In this document: positions 1 through 14,363 of the stretch, one piece after another
Numbering within the stretch: position 1 is the first letter of the stretch
Layout of the letters: every line of letters starts with the position of its first letter
From: Escherichia coli
GTDB taxonomy: Bacteria; Pseudomonadota; Gammaproteobacteria; Enterobacterales; Enterobacteriaceae
Assembly (NCBI RefSeq): GCF_041248615.1
Contig: NZ_CP158426.1
Length of the DNA stretch: 64,000 nt
Reading direction: 5' to 3' (one strand)
Notes under the pieces: generated by a model
Told to the model about the DNA's origin: nothing
Database searches by the model: none
What the model saw: the letters and a program-made list of their open reading frames with translations, nothing else
Position numbers and translations under genes: made by a program

Positions 1-806
1 ACTTCCCTGAACGTAACCCACAAGGGGAACAGACCTGGTCGAACAACGACAAACTGTCGCCATATACCAATAACATTATTCAGGTGTGGACCAGCGGCAC
101 GGGTGTCAACAAAGACCAGGAAGAGAACGGCTACGCGTACATTAAGAAACAGTGTATGCACTGCGTCGATCCGAACTGTGTCTCCGTGTGTCCGGTCTCT
201 GCGCTGAAAAAAGATCCGAAAACCGGCATTGTCCATTACGACAAAGATGTGTGCACTGGCTGCCGTTACTGCATGGTCGCCTGCCCATACAACGTGCCGA
301 AGTACGACTACAACAACCCATTTGGTGCGCTGCATAAGTGTGAACTGTGCAACCAGAAAGGTGTGGAACGTCTTGATAAAGGCGGTCTGCCTGGCTGCGT
401 AGAAGTGTGCCCGGCGGGCGCGGTGATTTTTGGTACGCGTGAAGAGCTGATGGCTGAGGCGAAAAAACGTCTGGCGCTGAAGCCAGGCAGCGAATACCAC
501 TATCCGCGTCAGACGCTGAAATCTGGTGACACTTACCTGCACACGGTGCCGAAATATTATCCGCATCTGTACGGCGAGAAAGAGGGCGGCGGTACTCAGG
601 TTCTGGTACTGACCGGCGTGCCTTACGAAAATCTCGACCTGCCGAAACTGGATGATCTTTCTACCGGTGCGCGTTCCGAAAATATTCAACACACCCTGTA
701 TAAAGGCATGATGCTACCACTGGCTGTGCTGGCGGGCTTAACCGTGCTGGTTCGTCGCAACACCAAAAACGACCATCACGACGGAGGAGACGATCATGAG
801 TCATGA
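1..806 (+). CDS. hybA: Hydrogenase-2 4Fe-4S ferredoxin-type subunit HybA, 5-prime truncated by window edge (frame begins at nt 3)
   Basis: The frame is open from the window edge and reads ..[32 protein letters not shown]... It has multiple CxxCxxCxxxCP iron-sulfur motifs. I recognise it as E. coli HybA, and hybBCDEFG follow in canonical order. Confidence 0.95.
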
Positions 807-1974
807 TCCACAACCGCTGGGCGGCAAAATCATCAGTAAACCGGTCATGATTTTTGGACCGTTAATCGTCATCTGTATGCTCCTGATTGTGAAGCGTCTG
901 GTGTTCGGTCTGGGCTCTGTCTCTGACCTGAACGGCGGCTTCCCGTGGGGTGTGTGGATCGCGTTTGACCTGCTGATTGGCACCGGCTTTGCCTGTGGCG
1001 GCTGGGCGCTGGCGTGGGCGGTATACGTCTTTAACCGTGGGCAATACCATCCGCTGGTGCGTCCGGCGCTGTTGGCGAGTCTGTTTGGTTACTCACTGGG
1101 TGGCTTGTCGATCACTATCGACGTGGGTCGCTACTGGAACCTGCCGTACTTCTACATTCCGGGTCACTTCAACGTGAACTCGGTACTGTTCGAGACGGCG
1201 GTCTGTATGACCATCTATATCGGCGTGATGGCACTGGAGTTTGCTCCGGCACTGTTTGAACGTCTGGGCTGGAAGGTGTCGCTACAGCGTCTGAACAAGG
1301 TGATGTTCTTCATCATTGCACTTGGCGCGCTGCTGCCGACTATGCACCAGTCTTCAATGGGGTCGCTGATGATCTCGGCGGGCTACAAGGTGCATCCGTT
1401 GTGGCAGAGCTATGAAATGTTGCCGTTGTTCTCGCTGCTGACGGCGTTCATCATGGGCTTCTCGATTGTCATCTTTGAAGGTTCGCTGGTGCAGGCGGGT
1501 CTGCGTGGCAACGGTCCGGATGAAAAGAGTCTGTTCGTTAAGCTGACCAACACCATCAGTGTGTTGCTGGCGATTTTCATCGTGCTGCGCTTTGGCGAGC
1601 TTATCTATCGCGACAAGCTGTCGTTAGCGTTTGCCGGTGACTTCTATTCCGTGATGTTCTGGATTGAAGTCCTGCTGATGCTCTTCCCGCTGGTCGTTCT
1701 GCGTGTGGCGAAGCTGCGTAATGATTCCCGCATGCTGTTCCTGTCAGCACTGAGCGCGCTGTTAGGTTGTGCAACCTGGCGTCTGACCTATTCGCTGGTG
1801 GCATTCAACCCGGGCGGCGGTTACGCCTACTTCCCGACCTGGGAAGAACTGTTGATTTCTATTGGTTTTGTGGCTATTGAGATTTGCGCTTACATCGTAC
1901 TCATTCGTCTACTGCCGATACTTCCTCCTTTAAAACAAAACGATCATAATCGTCATGAGGCGAGCAAAGCATGA
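796..1974 (+). CDS. hybB: Hydrogenase-2 integral membrane (cytochrome b-like) subunit HybB
   Basis: 392-aa polytopic hydrophobic ORF. It overlaps the hybA stop and the hybC start (translational coupling) and is recognised as HybB. Confidence 0.95.
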
Positions 1975-3674
1975 GCCAGAGAATTACTATTGATCCGGTA
2001 ACCCGTATTGAGGGGCATTTACGCATCGATTGCGAAATCGAAAATGGCGTCGTTTCGAAAGCATGGGCTTCCGGTACCATGTGGCGCGGCATGGAAGAGA
2101 TCGTGAAAAACCGCGATCCGCGCGATGCATGGATGATTGTGCAACGTATCTGTGGCGTATGTACGACTACTCACGCGCTGTCTTCCGTTCGTGCGGCAGA
2201 AAGTGCACTGAATATCGACGTTCCGGTTAACGCGCAATACATCCGTAACATCATTCTGGCTGCGCACACCACGCATGACCATATCGTTCATTTCTATCAA
2301 CTTTCGGCGCTGGACTGGGTGGATATCACTTCTGCACTGCAAGCTGACCCAACCAAAGCCTCCGAAATGCTGAAAGGCGTTTCGACCTGGCATCTGAACA
2401 GTCCGGAAGAGTTCACTAAAGTTCAGAACAAGATCAAAGATCTGGTTGCCAGCGGTCAGTTGGGTATTTTCGCCAATGGCTACTGGGGTCACCCGGCGAT
2501 GAAACTGCCGCCGGAAGTGAACCTGATTGCGGTAGCGCACTACCTGCAGGCGCTGGAGTGCCAGCGTGACGCTAACCGCGTCGTGGCGCTGCTGGGCGGT
2601 AAAACGCCGCACATTCAGAACCTGGCAGTAGGTGGGGTCGCTAACCCGATCAACCTCGACGGTCTGGGCGTGCTGAATCTTGAGCGTCTGATGTACATCA
2701 AGTCCTTCATCGACAAGCTGAGCGACTTTGTTGAGCAGGTTTATAAGGTTGATACCGCGGTTATCGCCGCGTTCTACCCGGAATGGCTGACGCGCGGTAA
2801 AGGTGCGGTGAACTACCTGAGCGTGCCGGAATTCCCGACCGACAGTAAAAACGGCAGCTTCCTGTTCCCGGGCGGCTACATTGAGAATGCGGATCTGTCC
2901 TCGTATCGCCCGATCACTTCCCACTCCGATGAATACCTGATCAAAGGCATTCAGGAAAGCGCGAAGCACTCCTGGTATAAAGACGAAGCGCCGCAGGCAC
3001 CGTGGGAAGGTACCACCATTCCGGCTTATGATGGTTGGTCTGACGACGGGAAATATTCCTGGGTGAAATCACCGACTTTCTACGGCAAAACGGTAGAAGT
3101 GGGTCCGCTGGCTAATATGCTGGTGAAACTGGCGGCAGGACGCGAGTCTACCCAGAACAAACTGAATGAAATCGTTGCGATTTATCAGAAACTGACTGGC
3201 AACACGCTGGAAGTGGCGCAGCTGCACTCCACGCTGGGCCGTATTATTGGTCGTACCGTTCACTGCTGCGAATTGCAGGATATCCTGCAAAATCAATACA
3301 GTGCACTGATCACCAATATCGGCAAAGGCGATCACACCACCTTTGTGAAGCCGAACATTCCGGCAACGGGTGAGTTCAAAGGTGTTGGCTTCCTCGAAGC
3401 GCCGCGCGGTATGCTCTCTCACTGGATGGTTATTAAAGACGGTATCATCAGCAACTACCAGGCAGTTGTTCCATCAACCTGGAACTCTGGCCCACGTAAC
3501 TTCAATGATGACGTCGGTCCTTACGAGCAGTCGCTGGTGGGTACACCGGTTGCCGATCCGAATAAACCGCTGGAAGTGGTGCGTACCATTCACTCCTTCG
3601 ACCCGTGCATGGCCTGTGCGGTACACGTAGTGGATGCCGACGGCAACGAAGTGGTTTCAGTGAAGGTTCTGTAA
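1971..3674 (+). CDS. hybC: NiFe hydrogenase-2 large subunit HybC
   Basis: 567-aa ORF with the N-terminal RICGVC and C-terminal DPCMACAVH NiFe-binding motifs. Confidence 0.97.
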   Translation: MSQRITIDPVTRIEGHLRIDCEIENGVVSKAWASGTMWRGMEEIVKNRDPRDAWMIVQRICGVCTTTHALSSVRAAESALNIDVPVNAQYIRNIILAAHTTHDHIVHFYQLSALDWVDITSALQADPTKASEMLKGVSTWHLNSPEEFTKVQNKIKDLVASGQLGIFANGYWGHPAMKLPPEVNLIAVAHYLQALECQRDANRVVALLGGKTPHIQNLAVGGVANPINLDGLGVLNLERLMYIKSFIDKLSDFVEQVYKVDTAVIAAFYPEWLTRGKGAVNYLSVPEFPTDSKNGSFLFPGGYIENADLSSYRPITSHSDEYLIKGIQESAKHSWYKDEAPQAPWEGTTIPAYDGWSDDGKYSWVKSPTFYGKTVEVGPLANMLVKLAAGRESTQNKLNEIVAIYQKLTGNTLEVAQLHSTLGRIIGRTVHCCELQDILQNQYSALITNIGKGDHTTFVKPNIPATGEFKGVGFLEAPRGMLSHWMVIKDGIISNYQAVVPSTWNSGPRNFNDDVGPYEQSLVGTPVADPNKPLEVVRTIHSFDPCMACAVHVVDADGNEVVSVKVL

Positions 3675-4168
3675 TGCGTATTTTAGTCTTAGGGGTTGGC
3701 AATATTTTGCTGACCGATGAAGCCATCGGCGTGCGGATTGTCGAAGCGTTAGAGCAACGATACATTCTGCCGGATTATGTTGAGATCCTCGATGGCGGCA
3801 CGGCGGGAATGGAGCTTCTTGGCGACATGGCAAATCGCGATCATCTGATTATTGCGGATGCCATTGTGTCGAAAAAGAACGCGCCGGGAACGATGATGAT
3901 CCTGCGGGATGAAGAAGTTCCGGCGTTGTTTACCAACAAAATCTCTCCGCATCAGCTTGGCCTGGCCGACGTATTGTCGGCCCTGCGCTTCACCGGTGAG
4001 TTTCCGAAAAAGCTGACGCTGGTCGGCGTGATCCCGGAATCGCTGGAGCCGCACATCGGCTTAACGCCGACGGTCGAAGCGATGATTGAACCTGCGCTTG
4101 AGCAGGTTCTGGCTGCGCTGCGCGAATCAGGCGTGGAAGCCATCCCACGGGAGGCGACTCATGACTGA
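3674..4168 (+). CDS. hybD: Hydrogenase-2 maturation endopeptidase HybD
   Basis: The ATG overlaps the hybC stop (TAATG). Translation reads MRILVLGVGNILLTDEAIG..., 164 aa. The longer ORF-track start at 3605 lies inside hybC and was rejected. Confidence 0.93.
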   Translation: MRILVLGVGNILLTDEAIGVRIVEALEQRYILPDYVEILDGGTAGMELLGDMANRDHLIIADAIVSKKNAPGTMMILRDEEVPALFTNKISPHQLGLADVLSALRFTGEFPKKLTLVGVIPESLEPHIGLTPTVEAMIEPALEQVLAALRESGVEAIPREATHD

Positions 4169-4649
4169 AGAGATAGCAGGTTTCCAGACCTCCCCGAAGG
4201 CGCAAGTGCAGGCAGCTTTTGAAGAAATTGCCCGGCGTTCGATGCATGATCTCTCTTTTCTGCATCCTTCAATGCCGGTGTATGTTTCTGACTTTACGCT
4301 GTTCGAAGGTCAGTGGACGGGGTGTGTGATCACCCCGTGGATGCTGAGTGCAGTTATCTTCCCCGGCCCGGATCAACTCTGGCCGCTGCGCAAAGTGAGT
4401 GAAAAAATCGGTCTGCAACTGCCGTATGGCACCATGACCTTTACCGTTGGCGAACTGGACGGTGTTTCGCAATACCTCTCCTGCTCGCTGATGTCGCCGC
4501 TTTCGCACAGCATGTCGATTGAAGAGGGCCAACGCCTGACGGATGACTGCGCACGAATGATCCTTTCGCTGCCAGTCACGAATCCGGATGTACCACACGC
4601 AGGGCGTCGCGCCCTGCTGTTTGGCCGCAGGAGTGGCGAAAATGCATGA
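4161..4649 (+). CDS. hybE: Hydrogenase-2 operon chaperone HybE
   Basis: The internal Met of the ORF-track entry gives MTEEIAGFQTSPKAQVQ..., 162 aa, overlapping the hybD end. Confidence 0.9.
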   Translation: MTEEIAGFQTSPKAQVQAAFEEIARRSMHDLSFLHPSMPVYVSDFTLFEGQWTGCVITPWMLSAVIFPGPDQLWPLRKVSEKIGLQLPYGTMTFTVGELDGVSQYLSCSLMSPLSHSMSIEEGQRLTDDCARMILSLPVTNPDVPHAGRRALLFGRRSGENA

Positions 4650-4983
4650 GTTGTCGCTTTGCCAGAGCGCCGTTGAAATTATCCAACGGCAGGCGGAGCA
4701 GCACGATGTTAAGCGCGTCACCGCCGTGTGGCTGGAAATTGGCGCGCTCTCCTGCGTTGAGGAGAGCGCCGTCCGTTTTAGTTTTGAAATTGTCTGTCAC
4801 GGAACGGTGGCGCAAGGGTGCGATTTACATATCGTCTATAAACCCGCCCAGGCCTGGTGCTGGGATTGCAGCCAGGTGGTGGAGATTCATCAGCACGATG
4901 CGCAGTGTCCGCTCTGTCATGGCGAGCGGTTGCGTGTCGATACCGGCGATTCGCTGATCGTCAAAAGTATTGAAGTTGAATAA
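4642..4983 (+). CDS. hybF: Hydrogenase nickel-insertion protein HybF (HypA paralogue)
   Basis: Translation reads MHELSLCQSAVEIIQ..., 113 aa, with the CxxC...CPxC zinc motif. Confidence 0.92.
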   Translation: MHELSLCQSAVEIIQRQAEQHDVKRVTAVWLEIGALSCVEESAVRFSFEIVCHGTVAQGCDLHIVYKPAQAWCWDCSQVVEIHQHDAQCPLCHGERLRVDTGDSLIVKSIEVE

Positions 4984-4995
4984 CCGGAGTTAACA

Positions 4996-5244
4996 ATGTG
5001 TATTGGCGTTCCAGGCCAGGTGCTGGCTGTCGGTGAAGATATTCACCAGCTTGCGCAGGTTGAAGTATGTGGTATCAAGCGCGACGTGAATATCGCCCTG
5101 ATTTGTGAAGGTAACCCTGCCGATCTGCTGGGCCAGTGGGTGCTGGTACACGTCGGATTTGCCATGAGCATCATCGACGAAGATGAAGCCAAAGCCACAT
5201 TAGACGCGCTGCGCCAAATGGATTACGACATTACCAGCGCGTGA
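4996..5244 (+). CDS. hybG: Hydrogenase maturation factor HybG (HypC family)
   Basis: 82-aa ORF starting MCIGVPGQV, the HypC family N-terminal Cys signature. Confidence 0.93.
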
Positions 5245-5270
5245 TGATTAAAGCCGGATGCGGCGTAAAT

Positions 5271-6025
<755 letters not shown>

Positions 6026-6129
6026 ATCAGCATACTTGTCCTTAGCCTTCTGCAGTGACAGCTGGTAGTACAGCGTGCTTCTGGCCAGCCCTGCAGCCTT
6101 TAACAGGTCAGACTGGCAGTGTCCGCACC

Positions 6130-7612
<1,483 letters not shown>

Positions 7613-7846
7613 TAGAGACTCAGAATGCCCGAGAGCATAAAGAACCACGCAAAGTTTATCTTCAGGAGAATAGCTACGCTTGTGTCTGCAATCCAGTGCC
7701 CGAGGACCGTGAAGAAGAAAAAGATTAATCCAGTGTGAGAGGCTGGTGTGAGAAAGTTGAAAGAGTTTTGCCGTAGAAATGATGCCTGCATGACCAGCCA
7801 GGTAATGATTTACAGCGGCAAGTTTTACTTCAAATGAATGTTTCAT
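7613..7846 (-). pseudogene. N-terminal fragment of the outer IS orfA (HTH part)
   Basis: Translation reads MKHSFEVKLAAVNHYLAGHAGIISTAKLFQLSHTSLSHWINLFLLHGPRAL..GHSESL, then runs into the inner IS end. The architecture resembles the N-terminus of IS150 InsJ. Confidence 0.7.
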
Positions 7847-8358
7847 AAACTGCACCTTCAGATGTCAGATTATGTCCAACATTTGGGGTGCAGTTCAATA
7901 TCATCCGGCTTCATTTACATTATTCTGTCTTATTAATGGGAAATCATTTCCTGCTTTATTATCCATGAAATAATAATATTTTGCGTTCAGATAACCTGCT
8001 AAATAATTAAGAGCGTGAGAACATCTGTTTTTTTATCACGCAAAACAAGCCTGTATTAATTATGTTCGCTTGATGAGCAAACACCGTTCTATCTGTTGCT
8101 TTTGCAATCTTAATCGTTAAAACTACCAACAAATTTATATAGTTACGTTGTGAAAGATTGTTAATTTTTTGTTTATTGAAATTCCGTAAAAATAACCAGA
8201 CAGACATCAAATAGGGGTTGTTCTTATAAATTTTACCTGTTTTTCTATCAGTGATGCCGTTTTCTTAAGAATGGAGGAAGTTATTAGAGAAGATAAAACA
8301 TAAAACTATTTCTCCCAGTTACGAATTTTTTAACATTGTTTTGTCACTTGCGTTATTA

Positions 8359-11300
8359 ATGAATAAGAAATTTAAATATAAGAAATCGCTTTTAGCGGCT
8401 ATTTTGAGCGCAACCCTGTTAGCCGGTTGTGATGGCGGTGGCTCCGGATCTTCCTCCGATACGCCGCCTGTAGATTCTGGAACAGGGTCTTTGCCGGAAG
8501 TGAAACCTGATCCAACACCAAACCGGAGCCGACGCCGGACCCAGAACCTACGCCGGAACCGACACCTGATCCTGAGCCAACACCTGAACCGGAGCCAGAA
8601 CCTGTTCCTACGAAAACGGGTTATCTGACCCTGGGCGGAAGCCAGCGGGTAACTGGTGCTACCTGTAATGGTGAATCCAGCGATGGCTTTACATTTACAC
8701 CTGGTGAGGACGTTACTTGCGTGGCGGGTAACACGACAATTGCCACCTTCAACACTCAGTCAGAAGCTGCGCGTAGCCTGCGTGCGGTTGAAAAAGTGTC
8801 GTTTAGTCTTGAGGACGCGCAAGAACTGGCGGCTTCCGATGACAAGAAAAGCAATGCGGTTTCGCTGGTAACGTCCAGTAACAGCTGTCCGGCGAATACA
8901 GAACAGGTTTGCCTGACGTTCTCCTCAGTGATCGAGAGTAAACGTTTCGACTCGCTGTATAAGCAAATCGATCTGGCACCGGAAGAGTTCAAAAAGCTGG
9001 TCAATGAAGAGGTGGAAAACAATGCCGCGACCGATAAAGCGCCATCCACTCATACTTCACCGGTCGTGCCTGTCACCACGCCGGGAACAAAACCGGATCT
9101 GAACGCTTCCTTCGTGTCGGCTAACGCGGAACAGTTTTATCAGTATCAACCTTCGGAAATCATTCTCTCCGAAGGTCGACTGGTAGATAGTCAGGGGGAT
9201 GGTGTAGTTGGCGTCAACTATTACACCAATTCCGGCCGTGGTGTAACCGGAGAAAACGGGGAATTTTCCTTTAGTTGGGGGGAAACCATCTCCTTTGGCA
9301 TCGACACTTTTGAGCTTGGTTCTGTGCGTGGTAACAAGTCGACTATTGCGCTGACGGAGCTGGGCGATGAAGTTCGCGGGGCAAATATCGATCAGCTTAT
9401 TCATCGCTATTCGACGACCGGGCAAAATAATACCCGTGTTGTGCCGGACGATGTACGCAAGGTCTTTGCCGAATATCCCAACGTGATCAACGAGATTATC
9501 AATCTCTCGTTATCCAACGGTGCGACGCTGGATGAAGGTGAGCAAGTTGTTAATCTGCCAAACGAATTTATTGAGCAGTTTAAGACGGGTCAAGCCAAAG
9601 AGATCGATACCGCGATTTGTGCGAAAACCGACGGTTGTAACGAGGCTCGCTGGTTCTCGCTGACGACGCGCAATGTTAATGACGGCCAGATTCAGGGCGT
9701 TATCAACAAGCTGTGGGGTGTGGATACAAGTTACAAATCTGTCAGCAAGTTCCATGTATTCCATGACTCCACCAACTTCTATGGCAGCACCGGTAATGCG
9801 CGCGGTCAGGCGGTGATGAATATCTCTAACGCGGCCTTCCCGATTCTGATGGCGCGTAATGATAAAAACTACTGGCTGGCCTTCGGCGAGAAACGCGCCT
9901 GGGATAAAAACGAGCTGGCGTACATTACGGAAGCGCCTTCTCTTGTTGAGCCGGAAAACGTTACGCGCGATACCGCCACCTTTAACCTGCCGTTTATTTC
10001 GCTGGGGCAAGTCGGTGAGGGCAAACTGATGGTTATCGGTAACCCGCACTACAACAGCATTTTGCGTTGTCCGAACGGTTACAGCTGGAACGGGGGCGTT
10101 AATAAAGACGGGCAGTGTACGCTCAGCGGTGATTCAGATGACATGAAGCACTTCATGCAGAACGTACTGCGCTATCTGTCCGACGATAAATGGACTCCGG
10201 ACGCGAAAGCCAGCATGACCGTAGGCACCAACCTGGATACTGTCTATTTCAAACGTCATGGTCAGGTTACAGGAAACAGTGCTGCGTTCGACTTCCATCC
10301 GGATTTTGCGGGTATCTCGGTTGAGCATTTAAGTAGCTATGGCGATCTCGATCCGCAGGAAATGCCGCTGCTGATCCTTAACGGCTTTGAGTATGTGACT
10401 CAGGTGGGGGGCGATCCCTATGCAGTGCCTCTGCGTGCAGATACCAGCAAACCGAAGCTGAGCCAGCAGGATGTGACCGATCTGATCGCCTATCTGAACA
10501 AAGGCGGTTCGGTGCTGATCATGGAAAACGTGATGAGCAATCTTAAGGAAGAGAGCGCGTCTGGTTTTGTGCGTCTGTTGGATGCTGCAGGTCTGTCAAT
10601 GGCACTGAACAAGTCGGTGGTGAATAACGATCCTCAAGGGTATCCGAACCGCGTTCGTCAGCAGCGCGCAACGGGCATTTGGGTCTATGAACGTTATCCT
10701 GCCGTAGACGGTGCGCTGCCGTACACCATCGATAGTAAGACAGGGGAAGTTAAGTGGAAATATCAGGTAGAAAACAAACCTGATGACAAACCGAAGCTGG
10801 AAGTTGCCAGCTGGCTGGAAGATGTAGATGGCAAACAGGAAACGCGTTATGCCTTTATTGATGAGGCCGATCATAAAACAGAGGATTCTCTGAAGGCTGC
10901 GAAGGAGAAAATTTTCGCCGCGTTCCCGGGGCTGAAAGAGTGTACTAATCAGGCATATCACTACGAGGTCAACTGTCTGGAATATCGTCCTGGCACGGGG
11001 GTTCCGGTTACTGGTGGCATGTATGTTCCACAGTATACGCAACTAAGCCTTAACGCCGACACGGCAAAAGCGATGGTGCAGGCTGCGGATTTAGGCACCA
11101 ACATTCAGCGTCTGTATCAGCATGAGCTCTACTTCCGGACCAATGGTCGCAAAGGTGAGCGTCTGAGCAGCGTCGATCTGGAACGTCTGTACCAGAACAT
11201 GTCGGTCTGGCTGTGGAACGAAATTGAATATAGCTATGACAGCAGCAAGGATGACGAGCTGGGCTTTAAAACGTTCACCGAGTTCCTGAACTGCTACGCC

Positions 11301-12905
11301 AACGATGCTTACACCAAAGGTACGCTGTGCTCCGCAGAGCTGAAACAATCGCTGATCGATAACAAGATGATCTACGGTGAAGGCAGCAAAGCGGGCATGA
11401 TGAACCCGAGCTATCCGCTCAACTATATGGAAAAACCGCTGACGCGCCTGATGCTGGGTCGTTCCTGGTGGGATCTGAACATCAAAGTTGATGTCGAGAA
11501 GTATCCGGGAGCAGTATCGGAAGAGGGGCAGGAGGTTACTGAAAGCATCAGCCTGTACTCGAATCCGACCAAATGGTTTGCGGGTAACATGCAGTCTACT
11601 GGTCTGTGGGCTCCGGCTCAAAAAGAGGTCACCATTAAGTCCAATGCGGACGTTCCTGTGACTGTCACCGTGGCGCTAGCCGACGACCTTACCGGACGTG
11701 AGAAGCATGAAGTTGCTCTGAACCGTCCGCCAAAAGTGACGAAAACCTATGAGCTGAAAGCCAATGGTGAGGTGAAGTTTACGGTTCCTTACGGTGGTCT
11801 GATTTATATCAAGGGCAACAGCAAGGAGAATAATAAATCTGCCAGCTTCACCTTTACCGGTGTGGTGAAAGCGCCGTTCTATAAAAATGGCGCATGGAAA
11901 AACGCTCTGAACTCCCCTGCGCCGTTGGGCGAGCTGGAATCAGACGCTTTCGTCTACACCACGCCGAAGAAGAACCTTGAGGCCAGCAATTTCACTGGTG
12001 GTGTAGCAGAATTCGCTAAAGATCTGGATACCTTTGCCAGCTCGATGAATGACTTCTACGGTCGTGATGGCGAAAGCGGTAAGCACCGGATGTTTACCTA
12101 TAAAAACTTGACGGGCCACAAGCATCGTTTCACCAACGATGTGCAGATCTCCATCGGTGATGCGCACTCGGGTTATCCGGTAATGAACAGCAGCTTCTCG
12201 ACGAACAGCACCACGCTGCCGACGACGCCGCTGAACGACTGGTTGATCTGGCACGAAGTAGGGCATAACGCCGCCGAAACGCCGTTGACTGTACCGGGCG
12301 CGACCGAAGTAGCGAACAACGTGCTGGCGCTGTACATGCAGGATCGCTATCTCGGCAAGATGAACCGTGTCGCTGACGATATTACCGTCGCACCGGAATA
12401 TCTGGAGGAGAGCAACAACCAGGCATGGGCACGCGGCGGTGCGGGTGACCGTCTGCTGATGTACGCGCAGCTGAAGGAATGGGCAGAGAAAAACTTTGAT
12501 ATCAAACAGTGGTATCCAGAAGGCTCTCTGCCAGAGTTCTACAGCGAGCGTGAAGGGATGAAAGGCTGGAACCTGTTCCAGTTGATGCACCGTAAAGCGC
12601 GCGGCGATGAGGTTGGCAATAACAAGTTCGGCAGTAAGAACTACTGTGCTGAATCTAACGGTAACGCTGCCGACACGCTGATGCTGTGTGCCTCCTGGGT
12701 CGCCCAGACGGATCTTTCGGAGTTCTTTAAGAAATGGAATCCGGGCGCGAATGCTTACCAGTTGCCGGGAGCGACGGAGATGAGCTTCGAAGGCGGTGTG
12801 AGCCAGTCGGCTTACAACACGCTCGCGTCACTCGATCTGCCGAAACCGAAGCAAGGGCCGGAAACCATTAATAAGGTTACCGAATATTCGATGCCTGCTG
12901 AATAA
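8359..12905 (+). pseudogene. sslE: SslE/YghJ secreted lipoprotein mucinase (M60-like metalloprotease), frameshifted near nt 8523
   Basis: The N-terminus MNKKFKYKKSLLAAILSATLLAGC carries a lipobox. The frame breaks in the Pro-rich repeat (..PDPTPN then out of frame). The downstream frame reads EPTPDPEPTPEPTPDPEPTPEPEPEPVPTKTGYLTLGG... and runs to 12905 with the HEVGHN zinc motif. The two frames differ by one nucleotide. Confidence 0.85.
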
Positions 12906-12908
12906 CCC

Positions 12909-13045
12909 GGATAAGGCGCTCGCGCCGCATCCGGCATGAAATAAGGCGCATCGGGTCAACACATATGCCCGATGCGCCAGCTTATCGGGCCTGGAGGAAA
13001 GCCGTATGGCATACACCTGCAGGCCCGCATCCGGCAAGTTACAAC
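12909..13045. repeat. Cluster of REP/BIME-type extragenic palindromes
   Basis: REP-like units seen by eye are ccggataaggcgctcgcgccgcatccggca, tgcccgatgcgccagcttatcgggcc and aggcccgcatccggcaag. Confidence 0.7.
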
Positions 13046-13060
13046 AAATAACCTTTAACC

Positions 13061-13870
13061 ATGTTTTTTGATGTTTTTCAGCAATACCCCGCGGCGATGC
13101 CCATACTGGCAACCGTCGGAGGATTGATTATCGGCAGTTTTTTGAATGTGGTGATTTGGCGTTACCCCATCATGCTGCGCCAACAAATGGCGGAGTTTCA
13201 CGGTGAAATGCCGAGTACGCAGTCAAAAATAAGCCTGGCGCTGCCACGCTCGCACTGTCCGCATTGCCAGCAGACCATCCGGATACGTGACAATATACCG
13301 CTGCTCTCCTGGCTGATGCTCAAAGGGCGCTGCCGCGACTGTCAGGCGAAAATCAGCAAGCGTTATCCGCTGGTGGAGTTATTGACGGCACTCGCTTTTT
13401 TGCTGGCGAGTCTGGTGTGGCCAGAAAGTGGATGGGGGCTGGCGGTGATGATATTATCCGCCTGGCTGATTGCCGCGAGCATCATTGACCTCGATAACCA
13501 ATGGCTGCCCGATGTTTTTACTCAGGGCGTATTGTGGACCGGGCTGATTGCGGCATGGGTCCAGCAGAGTCCGCTCACGCTACAAGACGCAGTTACCGGC
13601 GTACTGGTGGGATTTATCACTTTTTACTCCCTGCGCTGGATAGCCGGAATAGTTCTGCGTAAAGAAGCATTAGGCATGGGCGATGTATTATTGTTCGCTG
13701 CGTTAGGTAGTTGGGTGGGGGCGTTGTCGCTGCCCAATGTTGCTTTAATCGCCTCATGCTGCGGCCTGATATATGCCGTTATTACAAAAAGAGGATCAAC
13801 CACACTGCCTTTTGGACCGTGTTTAAGTCTGGGCGGTATAGCAACACTTTATCTACAGGCATTGTTTTAA
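13061..13870 (+). CDS. pppA: Prepilin peptidase (type 4 prepilin-like leader peptidase/methylase) PppA
   Basis: 269-aa polytopic ORF with paired CxxC motifs (CPHCQQ.., CRDCQA) and GMGDV. It sits between sslE and yghG as in E. coli. Confidence 0.9.
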   Translation: MFFDVFQQYPAAMPILATVGGLIIGSFLNVVIWRYPIMLRQQMAEFHGEMPSTQSKISLALPRSHCPHCQQTIRIRDNIPLLSWLMLKGRCRDCQAKISKRYPLVELLTALAFLLASLVWPESGWGLAVMILSAWLIAASIIDLDNQWLPDVFTQGVLWTGLIAAWVQQSPLTLQDAVTGVLVGFITFYSLRWIAGIVLRKEALGMGDVLLFAALGSWVGALSLPNVALIASCCGLIYAVITKRGSTTLPFGPCLSLGGIATLYLQALF

Positions 13871-13935
13871 TGATAACCACGTCATTATCGAAGTGACATT
13901 TTTACTCTTATTAATAACCTTAGAGATTATTTACC

Positions 13936-14346
13936 ATGTCGATAAAACAAATGCCAGGGAGGGTATTAATATCGCTATTGTTGAGCGTTACAGGATTATT
14001 AAGTGGCTGTGCCAGCCATAATGAAAATGCCAGTTTACTGGCGAAAAAACAGGCGCAAAATATCAGCCAAAACCTGCCGATTAAATCTGCGGGATATACC
14101 TTAGTGCTGGCGCAAAGTAGCGGCACGACGGTAAAAATGACCATTATCAGCGAAGCGGGTGCTCAGACCACGCAGACGCCTGATGCCTTTTTAACCAGCT
14201 ATCAACGACAAATGTGCGCTGACCCGACGGTGAAATTAATGATTACCGAGGGAATTAATTACAGCATAACGATTAATGATACACGTACAGGTAACCAGTA
14301 TCAGCGGAAACTGGATCGTACCACCTGTGGAATAGTCAAAGCATAA
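13936..14346 (+). CDS. yghG: T2SS-beta pilotin lipoprotein YghG (AspS/GspS-beta)
   Basis: 136-aa ORF with the lipobox LLSGCAS, in the canonical position upstream of gspC. Confidence 0.85.
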   Translation: MSIKQMPGRVLISLLLSVTGLLSGCASHNENASLLAKKQAQNISQNLPIKSAGYTLVLAQSSGTTVKMTIISEAGAQTTQTPDAFLTSYQRQMCADPTVKLMITEGINYSITINDTRTGNQYQRKLDRTTCGIVKA

Positions 14347-14363
14347 CGTCGGGTAGATATAAA

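Noticed and set aside
2019-2969. 316-aa ORF antisense to hybC
   Set aside because: It lies entirely within the well-recognised hybC coding frame. It is a typical shadow ORF of a GC-rich gene with no independent signals.
8505-8610. Tandem nucleotide repeat in the sslE 5-prime region as a noncoding repeat feature
   Set aside because: It is the coding sequence of the (PEPT/PDPE)n linker of SslE. It is relevant only as the site of the frameshift reported above.
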